Origin: Paraspadella gotoi
Lineage: Eukaryota; Animalia; Chaetognatha
Reading direction: 5' to 3'
Length of the DNA stretch: 17,707 bases
NCBI GenBank assembly: GCA_051294375.1
Contig: JBJCIZ010000784.1
Span: 1 to 17,707 of the forward strand
Shown: one piece after another, positions 1 through 11,572 of the stretch
Numbering within the stretch: position 1 is the stretch's first letter
Layout of the letters: every line of letters starts with the position of its first letter
Notes under the pieces: model-generated
Seen by the model: the letters and a program-made list of their open reading frames with translations, nothing else
Told to the model about the DNA's origin: nothing
Database searches by the model: none
Position numbers and translations under genes: made by a program

Positions 1-1
1 T

Positions 2-611
2 AAGTGGGATGGAAAAGAACCATTCCATGCTCTCGCCTCCCGTGTTATCACATCGGTGAACAAGCATGACAAAATATCAAACCCTGCAACTAAGGCGCGT
101 GAATATTTCTTCACCTTCCGCGCCGCCTTGGACAAGCCATATAGGAACGCCATAGATCTAGGTTGCGGCGAAGNNNNNNNNNNNNNNNNNNNNNNNNNNN
201 NNNNNNNNNNNNNNNNNNNNNNNNNNNNNNNNNNNNNNNNNNNNNNNNNNNNNNNNNNNNNNNNNNNNNNNNNNNNNNNNNNNNNNNNNNNNNNNNNNNN
301 NNNNNNNNNNNNNNNNNNNNNNNNNNNNNNNNNNNNNNNNNNNNNNNNNNNNNNNNNNNNNNNNNNNNNNNNNNNNNNNNNNNNNNNNNNNNNNNNNNNN
401 NNNNNNNNNNNNNNNNNNNNNNACTTCTCACCGAGTCCCTCAAGATCCAGAGATGGTTCCGACTCAGATCGTGGCCCCTCCTACAACCGCGACGACCGCA
501 GACGCGACTATCAAAACAGGCGCGACCGGTTCCGTAGATCGGACCGATCAGACCGATCAGACCGATTCGGAAGTCGCTACGACAGAAGCAGCAGTCGCGA
601 CAGCCGTGATA
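2..611 (+). CDS. gag: Gag-like protein, partial (capsid C-terminal-like segment plus Arg/Ser/Asp-rich region); 5'-truncated by the window and spanning an N gap
   Basis: Frame 2 is open from base 2: KWDGKEPFHALASRVITSVNKHDK...AREYFFTFRAALDKPYRNAIDL, which resembles the retrotransposon capsid pattern (E-x-F-x-x-L-A-x-R...F-x-x-x-L). After the gap it reads SPSRSRDGSDSDRGPSYNRDDRRRDY...RSDRSDRSDR. It lies upstream of pol on the same strand. Assigned by pattern and position only. Confidence 0.6.
536..567 (+). repeat. 9-bp coding tandem repeat (GACCGATCA x ~3) encoding RSD-RSD-RSD
   Basis: Read directly: agatcg gaccgatca gaccgatca gaccgatt. Confidence 0.85.
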
Positions 612-636
612 NNNNNNNNNNNNNNNNNNNNNNNNN
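612..636. other. Assembly gap of exactly 25 N (others at 11456-11480 and 12404-12428)
   Basis: Counted directly. Each borders a noisy or duplicated block. Confidence 0.95.
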
Positions 637-2869
637 TTAAAGAAACGCGTCAATATTAAATTTATGTAATAGCCAAAAATAGTTGACAAATTCTGACACA
701 GCATAATTACCTTAAATTAAAAAAAAATACATTTCTTAAAGTTTAGAAAAGTTTTTATCACCTCAATGTAATACATTTTAATTTTTACCAAGGTGGAAAG
801 GAGGCTATCGCAATAATGGTGGAAAGCAATGCCGAAACAGTGGTTTAGAGGAAAATGATCCCAAAAGCAAAAATGGCGTATAAAAAAGTATTTCTCTATG
901 AAACTAAGGCATATGTTTTTTGTCTTCTTAACCTGATAAAATCATATAATCTGTTTTTGAATAATCAATTACATATATTTGAATTCAATTCTAATACTGA
1001 TTCACGTTTAATACGATTTCCTCGATCGTCTGAATATAATATTATATATAAATGATATTAGACTTCTTTATAATTGTTCTTTTTATATACTATCTCATTT
1101 TTGTTTTATTAAAATTATAATGCTACTTGATACCTGCAGCAAGCTTTACGCTTACAATCTCGTTCTTTGCGTTGAACATAATAACCTTCTTGCTCTCGCC
1201 CCTATGGCGAAACACAGTATAAAAACGAAGCATGTTACTTTTTGCAAGTAAAAATTTAATAGAAAATATATGGCATCTCTAAGGGTGATTTCCTGTCTTT
1301 TGTTTGTCACCAATACCTTATAGAAAATTGGCATCAATTTTTGGACTCACATCATATCTTATGGCCATGTTTTGTGAAAAGTTAACTGCTTATGCTAAGC
1401 CCTTAACGAACTGTCAGGAATAAAGGTTACTTCCTCTTAGTCCTCCAGAGCCTTCCTCACTCCCGCATCGTCAGTGCGAGTCTACCTGCTAACGCTTAGA
1501 TCTTCTGTCATACATTCATCACCCTCACTCTACACTATTCTTGAAATCACAGGAGGAGGTTTGGACATAGGCACACAACTCTTCTAATCTCTTCCAGATC
1601 TCCAGGGATCCAAAATTTATATCTCTTCCTTCTCTTACCAAATTACTACCCTTATTGTATTGCTTTTTTTGCCTTCCTTGTTATTCTTATCTAACTTTTA
1701 CTCTTTTACTAGATATCCTATAGATGATTTATATTATCGAATTATTCCCTCACTTTCACCGCTCTTTTCTCACAAGTGCAGAGCATCACGGGATAGTATA
1801 TTACTTGAAAATTAAGTATAATTAGCATAAACTATTTACCTTCATGAGTAACTATAACAGTTTTGTAGATTTTGTATATGCTTCTCCTTTCTCGCCCCCA
1901 TGAGTGAAGCCAGAACAGATTCATTATTGACAGGTTAACATATAACCAATACTGTCAATATGAAATATTTTATACAATCTGAAGAAACTTCAATAAATTG
2001 GTAGGATTCCATCACTGTCTCCTTAACCATATTGTTAAATAGTGTCAGATCTTATATTCATGCACCACGGTTAGACAAGTCAGAATTGTGTAGATCTCAA
2101 GTTAACACATTACACTTGTTAATTTTTGAAAAACTCACCAAATTTACTCCATATGCGCACTCCTTCCAACCGGTCCAGCTCTGCTGGTGGCACACATAGT
2201 ATGCGTTCTAACGACATTCTTGGTCTCGGCTTAACTCAACATTCTTAGACAAGGTTTTTCAAAGGTGGGAGTGAATTTTAATTGAACAACCATCCCCGTT
2301 TCTCGCTTCGAACTGAGATTGCGAGGTTGTGCGTCTACCGGATGCAACTGCGAGACTTGAATTGGTTATTTATGAAATTCCACCTCCTGACGATGGAGCG
2401 TAACTCACCTTATCCCACACTCTGACACACGTCGCCATCGCGAACGTCTTTAAAGCTCATTCAACTCGCACACGATGATGCAGATCATCTCGTTTAGCGG
2501 CGGAGCATAAATTCGGAGATAGTATATCATACTACTTCAATGATTACCACTAACCACCTTTTATTGAATTTTTGAAAATTTGGCTATTTCTTTCCGATAT
2601 TTGTCTTGCATCTTATCCTTGTATGCTATAGAATTGATAGAGACGGAAAATTGGCCAAGGACGAATTTTATTTTATTCTTTTGATCTTAGGAATAAAAAA
2701 ATTTTAGGAGGACACAGGGCAGACGTCCATTATTAATTTCTTGTATTTATACCCGGCGCTAATATGTGTCCAATAATTTTCCTGTATGCTAGGGAGTGTT
2801 CTTCAGCGGAGAGTTCCTTATACTTTTTTTATATCTCGGTCAGACTGTTGAAGACACTTTTATAGAGTA

Positions 2870-5800
2870 TTTTGGGTACCATTCGCGTGGTGCGAGAGAG
2901 CTCTGTGATATCGGTTGGCTTTCCAGAAGGATATCGAGACGTCGTTCGGCGAGACTCAAGAAACTTCCCATAGCGTGTTTTGTCTCCACGCTATTTTCTC
3001 ATGCCATGAGATCGGGAATAGTATGATCTTGTATCGGTACCGCGATGGACGGTTATTCGATCTTGAGAATTGGCGGCTGGATCGCGGACTGAAATTTTAT
3101 GTCGATTGTTTCTCATTAACGTTCCTTTTTAATTACGTTTGGTTTTTGTGCCATATTGCGCGGACGGGTTATGGCGAGGAAGGAATGATCAAATCACCTC
3201 AGAGATGCTATCTGTCGGAGGATCTGGCGTACTGGGGCGACAGAGTGACTCGGCATTACCTTTCTATATCACGACTCCTCGTTATTCGGGGTTTTTTTTT
3301 GGTTCGGTTTCTCGCTTCGGGCGAATGTATTGTCCTTTGAGACAGTCAATAAATTCTTTCAAGACGCGAAACAAACGTTTTTTTCTCCTTTGCCCATATC
3401 CTCTTCGCTCTACGTCTCTTTACGAGCACATGTGTTTTACAGAGTTAGATCAAGGCGGCCAGTTGTGTAGCCTTATATTTGTGAGTTGGTATATTTGGGA
3501 AAGCTTAATGTAACTTTGCTGGATAGGTTATTAGACAGGGGTATAATAACTTATTACTACGCTATAATTTTTTTCCAATTGCAGATTTAATTCCGCTTGA
3601 CTAATTATTTGTAATGCAACAATGCAGATAAAGTATTATTAATCGAACTTACTTGCTGTCTATATTATATATATAACTTCAATATTTTCCTGAAACTAGA
3701 TATGATTTTCATTGGTTATGCAAAACACGGTCAAATGTACTTATTGGCTTGGTGTTTTCTTAGGAAATGTCTTAGAGTCTTGGACAGTTGATGTTGGTTT
3801 AATGGACCATAGCAGGACATATTTATTTTGTTATTCTAGGCTAGTCACCGGGCGGTTGTGGTCGACTATCATCGACAAATTCTCACCGGTGGGGTTCGTC
3901 GCAGCGACACGTATAGCAGCGGGACGGCTTGTCGCTGGGTTCTAATCTGCACTATTTTTCTTTGCTTGCTATGTTTATGTGTGGGTATCCAATTGTTTTC
4001 CGGACTACAATGTATGGTTATACATGCTTTTTGACGGTCTAACGAATGATAGATTAGAAATACCTTTATTCTTAATATCTAACATTATTCAAGGGACATG
4101 TCTGCTGTCTAATGATACCCGCACCAAGGCCGACGCACAACCAAATGGAATGTAAGCGGTCAAGGTGTGGCAAATTGTGTATTAACCTTCTTTTCCTTGT
4201 TAAAGTTAGTCTTACTGCTCCACTTATGCAACCAATGCTTCGGATTTAACTCCATCATTCTTATCCTCCAAATCTCGAGGTTAGATTCTTGTATTTTCTG
4301 AAATAAGCCGTTTGCTGAGTGTTTCTGAGCATCAAGGGGCGAGCTAGTACCAGAATAGCCGAGAGGTTCAGCGTATCGCCTAACACCAGTAGCTAGATGG
4401 AGGACTAAGAATATTTCCGGAAATCTAGAATTATGAAGGTTATAGATCGCTCATCACGTGCTGAATCCCGCGGTTGTTGATTCGGAGTTTACAAGCTTAG
4501 ATAATTGGCGAAGTGATGAGAATAGATCTGCTCTAGTTACTTTTCAATACTAGTCGTCCGGCGCCGACCCTTGTTATATTTGGCGAGTACTAGTAAAACC
4601 GGGCTACGGGTTGCACCAGCCTATTTTTCTGTTATGAGTAATCTAAAGTTTTCAGAACCCTCGCGCCCATATTTATCTACGCGAGATTGGTTGAAGTGAT
4701 TACGGTTTCTCGCCGAATATCAATAATTGGGGACTTTGTTTTATTGAAAGTGGTAGACCTTTCGGCGCACACAACACACTTTTAATCGGGATGAGCTCGC
4801 GTCACGATTGTATTCTTTGTTTTTCATCTTTTCAAATTTTTTGTTGTGGTTTGTCTTGTTTAAAAGGTGCAGGTTTTGATTTTTGAAAGAAATCGGAGAC
4901 AGGTGAGTCGTCATGCGGAGTAGGTGACCTCAATAGACGCGATCTGTGTTCTTATGGTATTCACTTGGGGTATACGCGACGTGTCTGGGACGGAACTCGG
5001 CAATGACGCAAGATAGTTTTCTTGTATTCTACAGTCCGGCTGGGTTTAGGGTGAATTCTGATCTCCTTACGGAATGGCATGTTGGTTCCATTTGTCAGTC
5101 CGCTCTCGGTCTCTGCGCACTCTTTGTTCTTTGTTCAAAGGAGCACATCAGCGGCTAGAGTCCAATCCAAGGCTGCATCCTTCCTTTCAATCGTTGTCTT
5201 TCGTGGTCTTTTGTCGGTCTGGCAGTCCTGTTATGGATGGGGGAAGTGGCTGCTTTTGGAGTTGTTTTGTCTGTATGTTGGCTGAGGGCGGGTTGGTGGA
5301 CCGGGGTTCAAAAGATCTGTGCCAAAGGGAGTGGAGGATGAACTAGGTATCTGTTGGATTATTTCGTTCGTTTTGTGTCGTTGGGGGTGCGCGTGGGTTC
5401 GGGTTTTTCTTCTGGTAGGATGTTTTCTTCCACATTCTCTCATTCTGGTATCGATCTGGGTTTTGATTGATCGTCTGTCGGGATTGTATGAGGATGTTGA
5501 GGGACTCCGTCAGTCTTCTGCGTTTGAGATCAAGTCTTCTTCTCTCCATTGCCAGTTGGGAGCTTGTGACAGTCGGATATGAGCTGTGTTTACCTGGAGG
5601 TACGGACTGCTTCGCAGGTGTGACTCAGCGAGCGGATCCTGTTGGCGTTTCGTTTAGTATTGTTTTATGATTGCAATATTTTCTAGATGCATTTCTCTCT
5701 TTGTTCGTTCCTTAGTTTTCCTCTCCTCTTTCTTTCCGGTTTGCTATGGCTTATTTCTCATTCAGCAACTCTCTCTGTTGTTGGTCCATTAACCTTCTTT

Positions 5801-8800
5801 TTGGTACAGGTGCTCTGCCGAAGTTTGGAGTTTCGGGCGACGCGACCGCTTGTTGCGCTTCGCCACTCTCGTAGGCTCGGTTGCTTACGGGCGTTCAATT
5901 ATTATTTGTTCGTTCGGCACTGCTAATAGGGTGTCGAATCTCCTTTGTGTTGATGATCTTGGGTACCGCGTTTCCTGGTTATTCTTGAGCTTTTGGTATT
6001 TGTGCATGACCATGATTGGTGGGTACTGAGCTTTTTTTCTCTCTTAAGCGGGTGCATCTTGGACTCTTTACCGTATTTGCTTCCTAGTTATTCGCTGCCT
6101 CTCTTGAGGTGAGCGGGTGTTTATTTGTTTGATTGGGCGATTTATATCCTAGACTATGTTATTGTTTCCCTCTTGCATGAGCGGGGTGCTCATTGTTGGT
6201 TTCTGTCATGTCTCATGTTGCAGATTTTCTTTAGCTTCCTTTTCTGTTCTTAATGCTTGTGATACATATTTTGATTATAACGTACGCTAGTGTGCCATCT
6301 TAGGTTTTTCTGTTGTGGTCATTTTGTGGCTGTTTTTTGTCAGTTTGACGGTTCTCTGCACTTGTATTATCTTTCTAAGAATACTTAGCAAAGTGCAGAA
6401 TAACTTTTTTTAAATCTACGGATCACTTTTCGCGAGCTAGGCGGCGGTTGACGATGGCGTGCTCTGGAGAGGAGGGCCTTCTAGACGGTTCACACAGAAT
6501 GGAAACAGTGTATTTGTTGGTCAAAGTAAGTTATTATTTATCTTTGATTATAGTAGCATATCGGAGTAGTCTCTTAATGGAGGGCATATTTTTTGTCTAC
6601 ATGTATCAAATACGGGTATGCTGTGGTTGACTGGCCTCATCCCCTTCTATCATTTGTTGAGTGACAGTATGCCATAAGACTTACCTTCCATATATTGGCA
6701 TAAGTATGAAGTTTTACTTTGTGGATTCTATTGTAGTTTTTTATTTATTTATTTATTGATTCGACTGTCTTGTCTCTCCCACCTTTTTGGTTCCTAATCC
6801 CAGTCTGTTTTCCCGGTCGCATGTCTTCTCAGCCTTTTAAGACTTGTTGTAGGGACAGATACCTACCTTGTTTCTCCTATTTATTTTATCTTACGTAGCC
6901 CGATGAGTAAAATTTGCATACGGCTTTGCCAATCGCATGTACTTAGTTGCTAGCAGTTTGTGAAATTCTTGCACCAATTATTTCCATTCTCCTTCTTCTG
7001 AAGTTTATTATCAACTTTGGTGTAGGCTGTCCATTGTATGATCTATGCAAAACTTATGGCTTTCTCAGGACCGTTCTTTTGGCATCTATCTCATGTCTCG
7101 CTTGTTCTCCTTCTTTCTGTTCCTAAAGTCTCTTTAATATCCGAGTTTCAATCTATTCTCAATTATCACCGTGTAGAATATCCATGCTCTCCTTCTCTTC
7201 TGAATTTTTGCTTTTCTTAACCCGTCACTCTACTTCATTCCTTTTTCCCTCATGTCGCCTATGGGGCTTCTGTGGTCACAGTTTTCTTTTGATTTGCTTC
7301 AGCTCTGTCTACATTAACTTAAATCTGGTCAATTCACCTTATCATCTTTTTCCTCCCGACTACACATAACTCCCTCTATTCGGTTGTCAGGGCTATTGTT
7401 GTAATTTGCCGTTTCGTCTTCTTTGTTCTTGTGTGTTTAGCTTGCTCGACTGGGCCTGGATCGCATGCAGATCTCTGCTTACGGGCATTCGGTGGTTGCT
7501 CCCGTGGTTTTGGCTACAATCATTCTTTATTGCACTACGCCTGCAGCATAGGTAACATCTTACTTTTTCTCCACCTATTCTTTTTTTTGATTTGATCATG
7601 GATGGCCGTTGGAATTAACATTCTTGATGTTTTTCCGGTGGAACGATCGTTTTTTTTTCAGTTTAACTGTTCGTTTAGTGGCTTTTCCAGTTTACAAGTT
7701 TAAAGGTTTTTCGGCGGATTACTGCTTGTAAATAGTTGGGCCAGGGCTTCAGTTATGGAAGTTTTTCCTACGCAGATTCAGTCTGTTCATAAGTTGTCCA
7801 GTTGTCTGTTTCTCCTTGTCACTTCTTGAGGTTTGCGCCCTTTCCAGGTTCCTGCCATCCTAAATCAGAAATCTGATCAAAAGGAAAATTTGGACAAATT
7901 TCAAGAATTAAAATTTTAGCGTTGAGTATAATATGGAATTAAAAATATTTTATGCTTTTATAGCTTCCCGTGCCCTTGATTGGAATGTTTGAAATAGCAT
8001 TTTTTTTAAATTAATTATTTTTTATTTCAATAGTTCTTTTTTAAAGCTTAGTTCACTTTATTCTTATCGCGTGGGCATGATCGTTATACTTTACTTATTG
8101 ATATTTGAGAGAACTTCAACCGAGTCCGGCCTTAAGGTATAAACTCACTTGGCTTGGGTGGCTTGTTTGTTGTAAATCGAGTTGCTTCTGTATCGGAATG
8201 GGTGCTCTTCTTTTTCTTTCGGGTACAGAGTATTTTGGCGACTTGCAAGCAAGGAGAGTTCTCCTCGTGATCCATTGCAAAGGCTGGCTGCTATGGACTG
8301 TGGGTTTTGCGAGGCTTCGTGTGGCTAATCCTTTTATTCTAGTGGCTAAGCAGTTTAACGTTTCGATGATTGTGATTTAGGATATGGTATCAGATTGGCG
8401 GTCTTTTTTTTTGAGTTCGCTGAGTTGATGACGAGTGTCGCTCGACCGGATTTCGGTATTTATGACACGACTTCCTGTATTTGAGCCGTATGGGTGTTTT
8501 CTCGAACTCAGTTGTGTTTTCTTGGGCGTGTGGATTATGAATAGGTGCCAAGAAATTTCTACGGTGGTGTTCCCCTTGGAGGGTTTTTAGAAATGGCGGC
8601 GTTGATATTTTTGTGTCAGAAATTAGGTCCTGCTTAGGAAGATGGAGAGGGTTGTTTGATATGGCTCTCGTCTTACTAAATTCCTACATATCACTATGCA
8701 TGATAGTGTATTCTTTTGAGTTTCTACATTTATATTTTGTTAGCTTGTTGATGCCCTATAGTTTAGGGGTACTTTTTGTTTTTTGCTCTATTTTATGGCT

Positions 8801-9409
8801 GTACCTTGTGATTAAGGATATGTTGGTCTAAGAATTATTTCGGGCAAGAGTGGAATGATGATTAGAAGAATTCCTGCTGTGACACTAGGCCTCTTTGTAC
8901 AGCAGCTCTGTGGTCGGTCCTAAGGGGACGTGATAGATTTTTTTCCATTAACCGTAGCTTGCTATTTGCGAAGACTCGCTGCCATTTAGGCTTTAAAGTT
9001 CTAATTTTATTGGGGACTCTCTGTCGTTTTGTACCGCCTGTCTTTTTGTCCCGTGGCCATAGGTCAGTCCTCTATGTGTTATTTTTTCGACATTTAAGAT
9101 TTGATTTGCTGTTTGGAGGGTGAAGGTTATGATGGCGGATTGGATTTGCCGTTTGCTGCTGTTCGCGCAATACAGGTCCGGACGGAAACTTTCATTTTTC
9201 GCTCTCCCATATCTGCGGTTTTGTGGTGCCTCCTGTAGGGCGTCTCTTCTTTCAGAGTTTTGGCGGATAGTTGTTCCTCTTCTTTCCCTACAAGTCTTGC
9301 CTCACGGTGGTCGTGTAATCTTGTCCCCTTTGTTTCGACCATTTCCCCACTATTCTTTGCCGCGGCGGACTATTTAGTGGCCTCGCTCAATTTTCAGCGG
9401 TTCTTAGGC
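2870..9409 (-). mobile_element. Inverted, error-rich second copy of the same Gypsy family (gag end, protease-like region, integrase, pol tail, 5' part of exonuclease ORF; RT/RNase H absent)
   Basis: Collinear reverse-complement anchors found by eye: 9200-9320 vs 9411-9545; 7741-7770 (taggaaaaacttccataactgaagccctgg) vs 13599-13628; 5966-5990 vs 14604-14627; 5146-5174 vs 14975-15001; 3693-3786 vs 15884-15945; 3279-3368 vs 16181-16240; 2923-3045 vs 16422-16521. The differences are dominated by short insertions. Boundaries are approximate. Confidence 0.92.
8868..8955 (-). pseudogene. Probable retropepsin-like aspartic protease active-site region within the noisy inverted copy
   Basis: The minus strand reads gttaatggaaaaaaatctatcacgtccccttaggaccgaccacagagctgctgtacaaagaggcctagtgtcacagcaggaattc. 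Removing apparent insertion errors gives VNGKIYHVPLD(T/S)xxxxSLVSQEF. It sits just after the gag end, where PR is expected. The reading depends on manual error correction. Confidence 0.45.
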
Positions 9410-9548
9410 AGATACCGGCCTCGTGAAGGCCAAGACTTTAGAAGAAGAGACAACTACCGCAACCCTGGAAGAGACGCCTACAGGGCAATCCAAACCGAAG
9501 ATGAGGAAAGTGATGTTAGCGAAGGCGAATTGGAAGTTCTCCGCCTGT
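9408..9548 (+). CDS. gag: Gag C-terminal fragment (continuation of the Arg/Asp-rich region)
   Basis: GRYRPREGQDFRRRDNYRNPGRDAYRAIQTEDEESDVSEGELEVLRL has the same composition as 424-611 and ends abruptly at the start of the triplicated unit. Confidence 0.55.
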
Positions 9549-10800
9549 AAAAGAGAGGATCCGGTTGTCCGGGCTATGCAGAATTCACCGACGACGAAGT
9601 CCCTGGGAAATGTTTTGCATTCAGAAACCGATTATGCTGTTGCTTCTCTAGCGAAGACTCTGGTTATGATATCATGAGGATTCCGGCGACTCCGCGGGTT
9701 CCGACCAGAAAAAAGAATCCGAGAATGACCCCCTTGCCTAAGACAATCCTTCCATTACACTATAAGAAAACCACCCCGCCCAAAGAGACAGTCAATACGN
9801 NNNNNNNNNNNNNNNNNNNNNNNNNNNNNNNNNNNNNNNNNNNNNNNNNNNNNNNNNNNNNNNNNNNNNNNNNNNNNNNNNNNNNNNNNNNNNNNNNNNN
9901 NNNNNNNNNNNNNNNNNNNNNNNNNNNNNNNNNNNNNNNNNNNNNNNNNNNNNNNNNNNNNNNNNNNNNNNNNNNNNNNNNNNNNNNNNNNNNNNNNNNN
10001 NNNNNNNNNNNNNNNNNNNNNNNNNNNNNNNNNNNNNNNNNNNNNNNNNNNNNNNNNNNNNNNNNNNNNNNNNNNNNNNNNNNNNNNNNNNNNNNNNNNN
10101 NNNNNNNNNNNNNNNNNNNNNNNNNNNNNNNNNNNNNNNNNNNNNNNNNNNNNNNNNNNNNNNNNNNNNNNNNNNNNNNNNNNNNNNNNNNNNNNNNNNN
10201 NNNNNNNNNNNNNNNNNNNNNNNNNNNNNNNNNNNNNNNNNNNNNNNNNNNNNNNNNNNNNNNNNNNNNNNNNNNNNNNNNNNNNNNNNNNNNNNNNNNN
10301 NNNNNNNNNNNNNNNNNNNNNNNNNNNNNNNNNNNNNNNNNNNNNNNNNNNNNNNNNNNNNNNNNNNNNNNNNNNNNNNNNNNNNNNNNNNNNNNNNNNN
10401 NNNNNNNNNNNNNNNNNNNNNNNNNNNNNNNNNNNNNNNNNNNNNNNNNNNNNNNNNNNNNNNNNNNNNNNNNNNNNNNNNNNNNNNNNNNNNNNNNNNN
10501 NNNNNNNNNNNNNNNNNNNNNNNNNNNNNNNNNCCCGAAGGAGCTAAAAGGTTAAAAGTTAATTACAGCAATATCGCGCCAGATGCTAAACCCTATATAG
10601 ATCAATTGAAAGAATTACTCGAGGTGAAACATGAAAAAAGCTTTCTCAAAACATAATCGGATTATGGTGAAGAACGAATCTTATACAATGTAGATCACAT
10701 TTGAAAGACGAAACCGGCCCCCCTATAGCCGTAGCCCCTTACCGTACGCGTCCTGAAATGCGCGACATTATTGATAAACAAGCCTATGAGATGATCGCTG
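9549..10800 (+). repeat. Direct repeat copy A of the pre-RT/RT-start unit (contains a 734-N gap)
   Basis: Begins aaaagagaggatccggttgtccgggctatgcagaattcaccgacgacg, as do 10801 and 11573. It differs from copies B and C mostly by small indels and stops at gagatgatcgctg. Confidence 0.95.
10534..10800 (+). pseudogene. pol: pol fragment: linker and N-terminus of reverse transcriptase (frameshifted)
   Basis: Reading across frameshifts gives ...IDQLKELLEVKHEK..., then LKDETGPPIAVAPYRTRPEMRDIIDKQAYEMIA, the typical Gypsy RT start (P-x-x-x-x-PYR...I-x-x-x-x-x-EM). Confidence 0.85.
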
Positions 10801-11572
10801 AAAAGAGAGGATCCGGTTGTCCGGGCTATGCAGAATTCACCGACGACGAGTCCCTGAAAATGTTTTTGCCATCAGAAACCGATATGGTCTGTTGCTTCTC
10901 TAGCGAAGACTCTGGTTTGAATCAGAGGACCGGCGACTCCGCGGGTTCCGACTCAGAAAAAGAATCCGAGAATGACCCCCCCTAAGACAACCATTAACAC
11001 TAAAGAAAAACCCCCGCCCAAAGAGACAGTCAATACGCCGAAGGAGCTAAAAGGTTAAAAGGTTAATTACAGCAATTATATGGGCGCCAGATGCTAAACC
11101 CTATAATTAATCATGTGAAAGAATTACTCGAGGTGAAACATGAAAAAAGCTTTCTCAAAACATAATCGGATTATGGTGAAGAACGAATTATACAATGTAG
11201 ATACATTTGAAAAGACGCAACCGGCCCCCCTATAGCGTAGCCCCTTACCGTAACGCGTCCTAAAATCGCGACATATTGATAAACAAGCCTATGAGATGAT
11301 TCGCTGATGGCGCTGCTTGGCCCATCCACGAGCCCTTACTGCCGCCCCGAATTACTTGTTAAAAGGAAAACTGGCGATTTATAGATTCTCAAGTACTTTA
11401 GGAAAGTCAATTTTGGTAAGTGCAATAAAGTGGTTTTATCTCTTTTCTGCCATGTNNNNNNNNNNNNNNNNNNNNNNNNNAAGAATAGAAGACTCCCTAC
11501 AAAAACTCGACAACCCAAGATTTTTCACCACAATGGATCTGACCAAAGGCTTTTGGCAGATCCCAATACACC
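10801..11572 (+). repeat. Direct repeat copy B of the pre-RT/RT-start unit
   Basis: 10801-11455 appears identical to 11573-12227 (655 nt each, same frameshifts). It is followed by 25 N and a clean RT piece, RIEDSLQKLDNPRFFTTMDLTKGFWQIPI (11481-11572). Confidence 0.97.

Noticed and set aside
2796-9377. Many short Phe/Leu/Val/Cys-rich + strand ORFs that look like membrane proteins
   Set aside because: They are antisense by-products of the A-rich minus-strand retroelement copy plus sequencing noise.
637-9407. Possible TTAA-type DNA transposon (Kolobok/piggyBac-like): ttaaagaaacgcgtcaatatt at the left end resembles revcomp of aattttcagcggttcttag at the right end
   Set aside because: The match is only about 15/20 with two gaps. 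The right end is TTAG rather than TTAA, no transposase is evident, the left end abuts a gap, and the right end is more simply the continuation of the inverted gag.
9800-10533. 734-N gap as the location of the missing protease
   Set aside because: Copies B and C are contiguous across this point, and the inverted copy places the protease-like sequence at the 9548/9549 junction instead.
9674-10555. Long ORF-track entries dominated by X (also 111-704, 14766-15418, 15485-16473)
   Set aside because: Their length comes from N runs that cannot contain stop codons.
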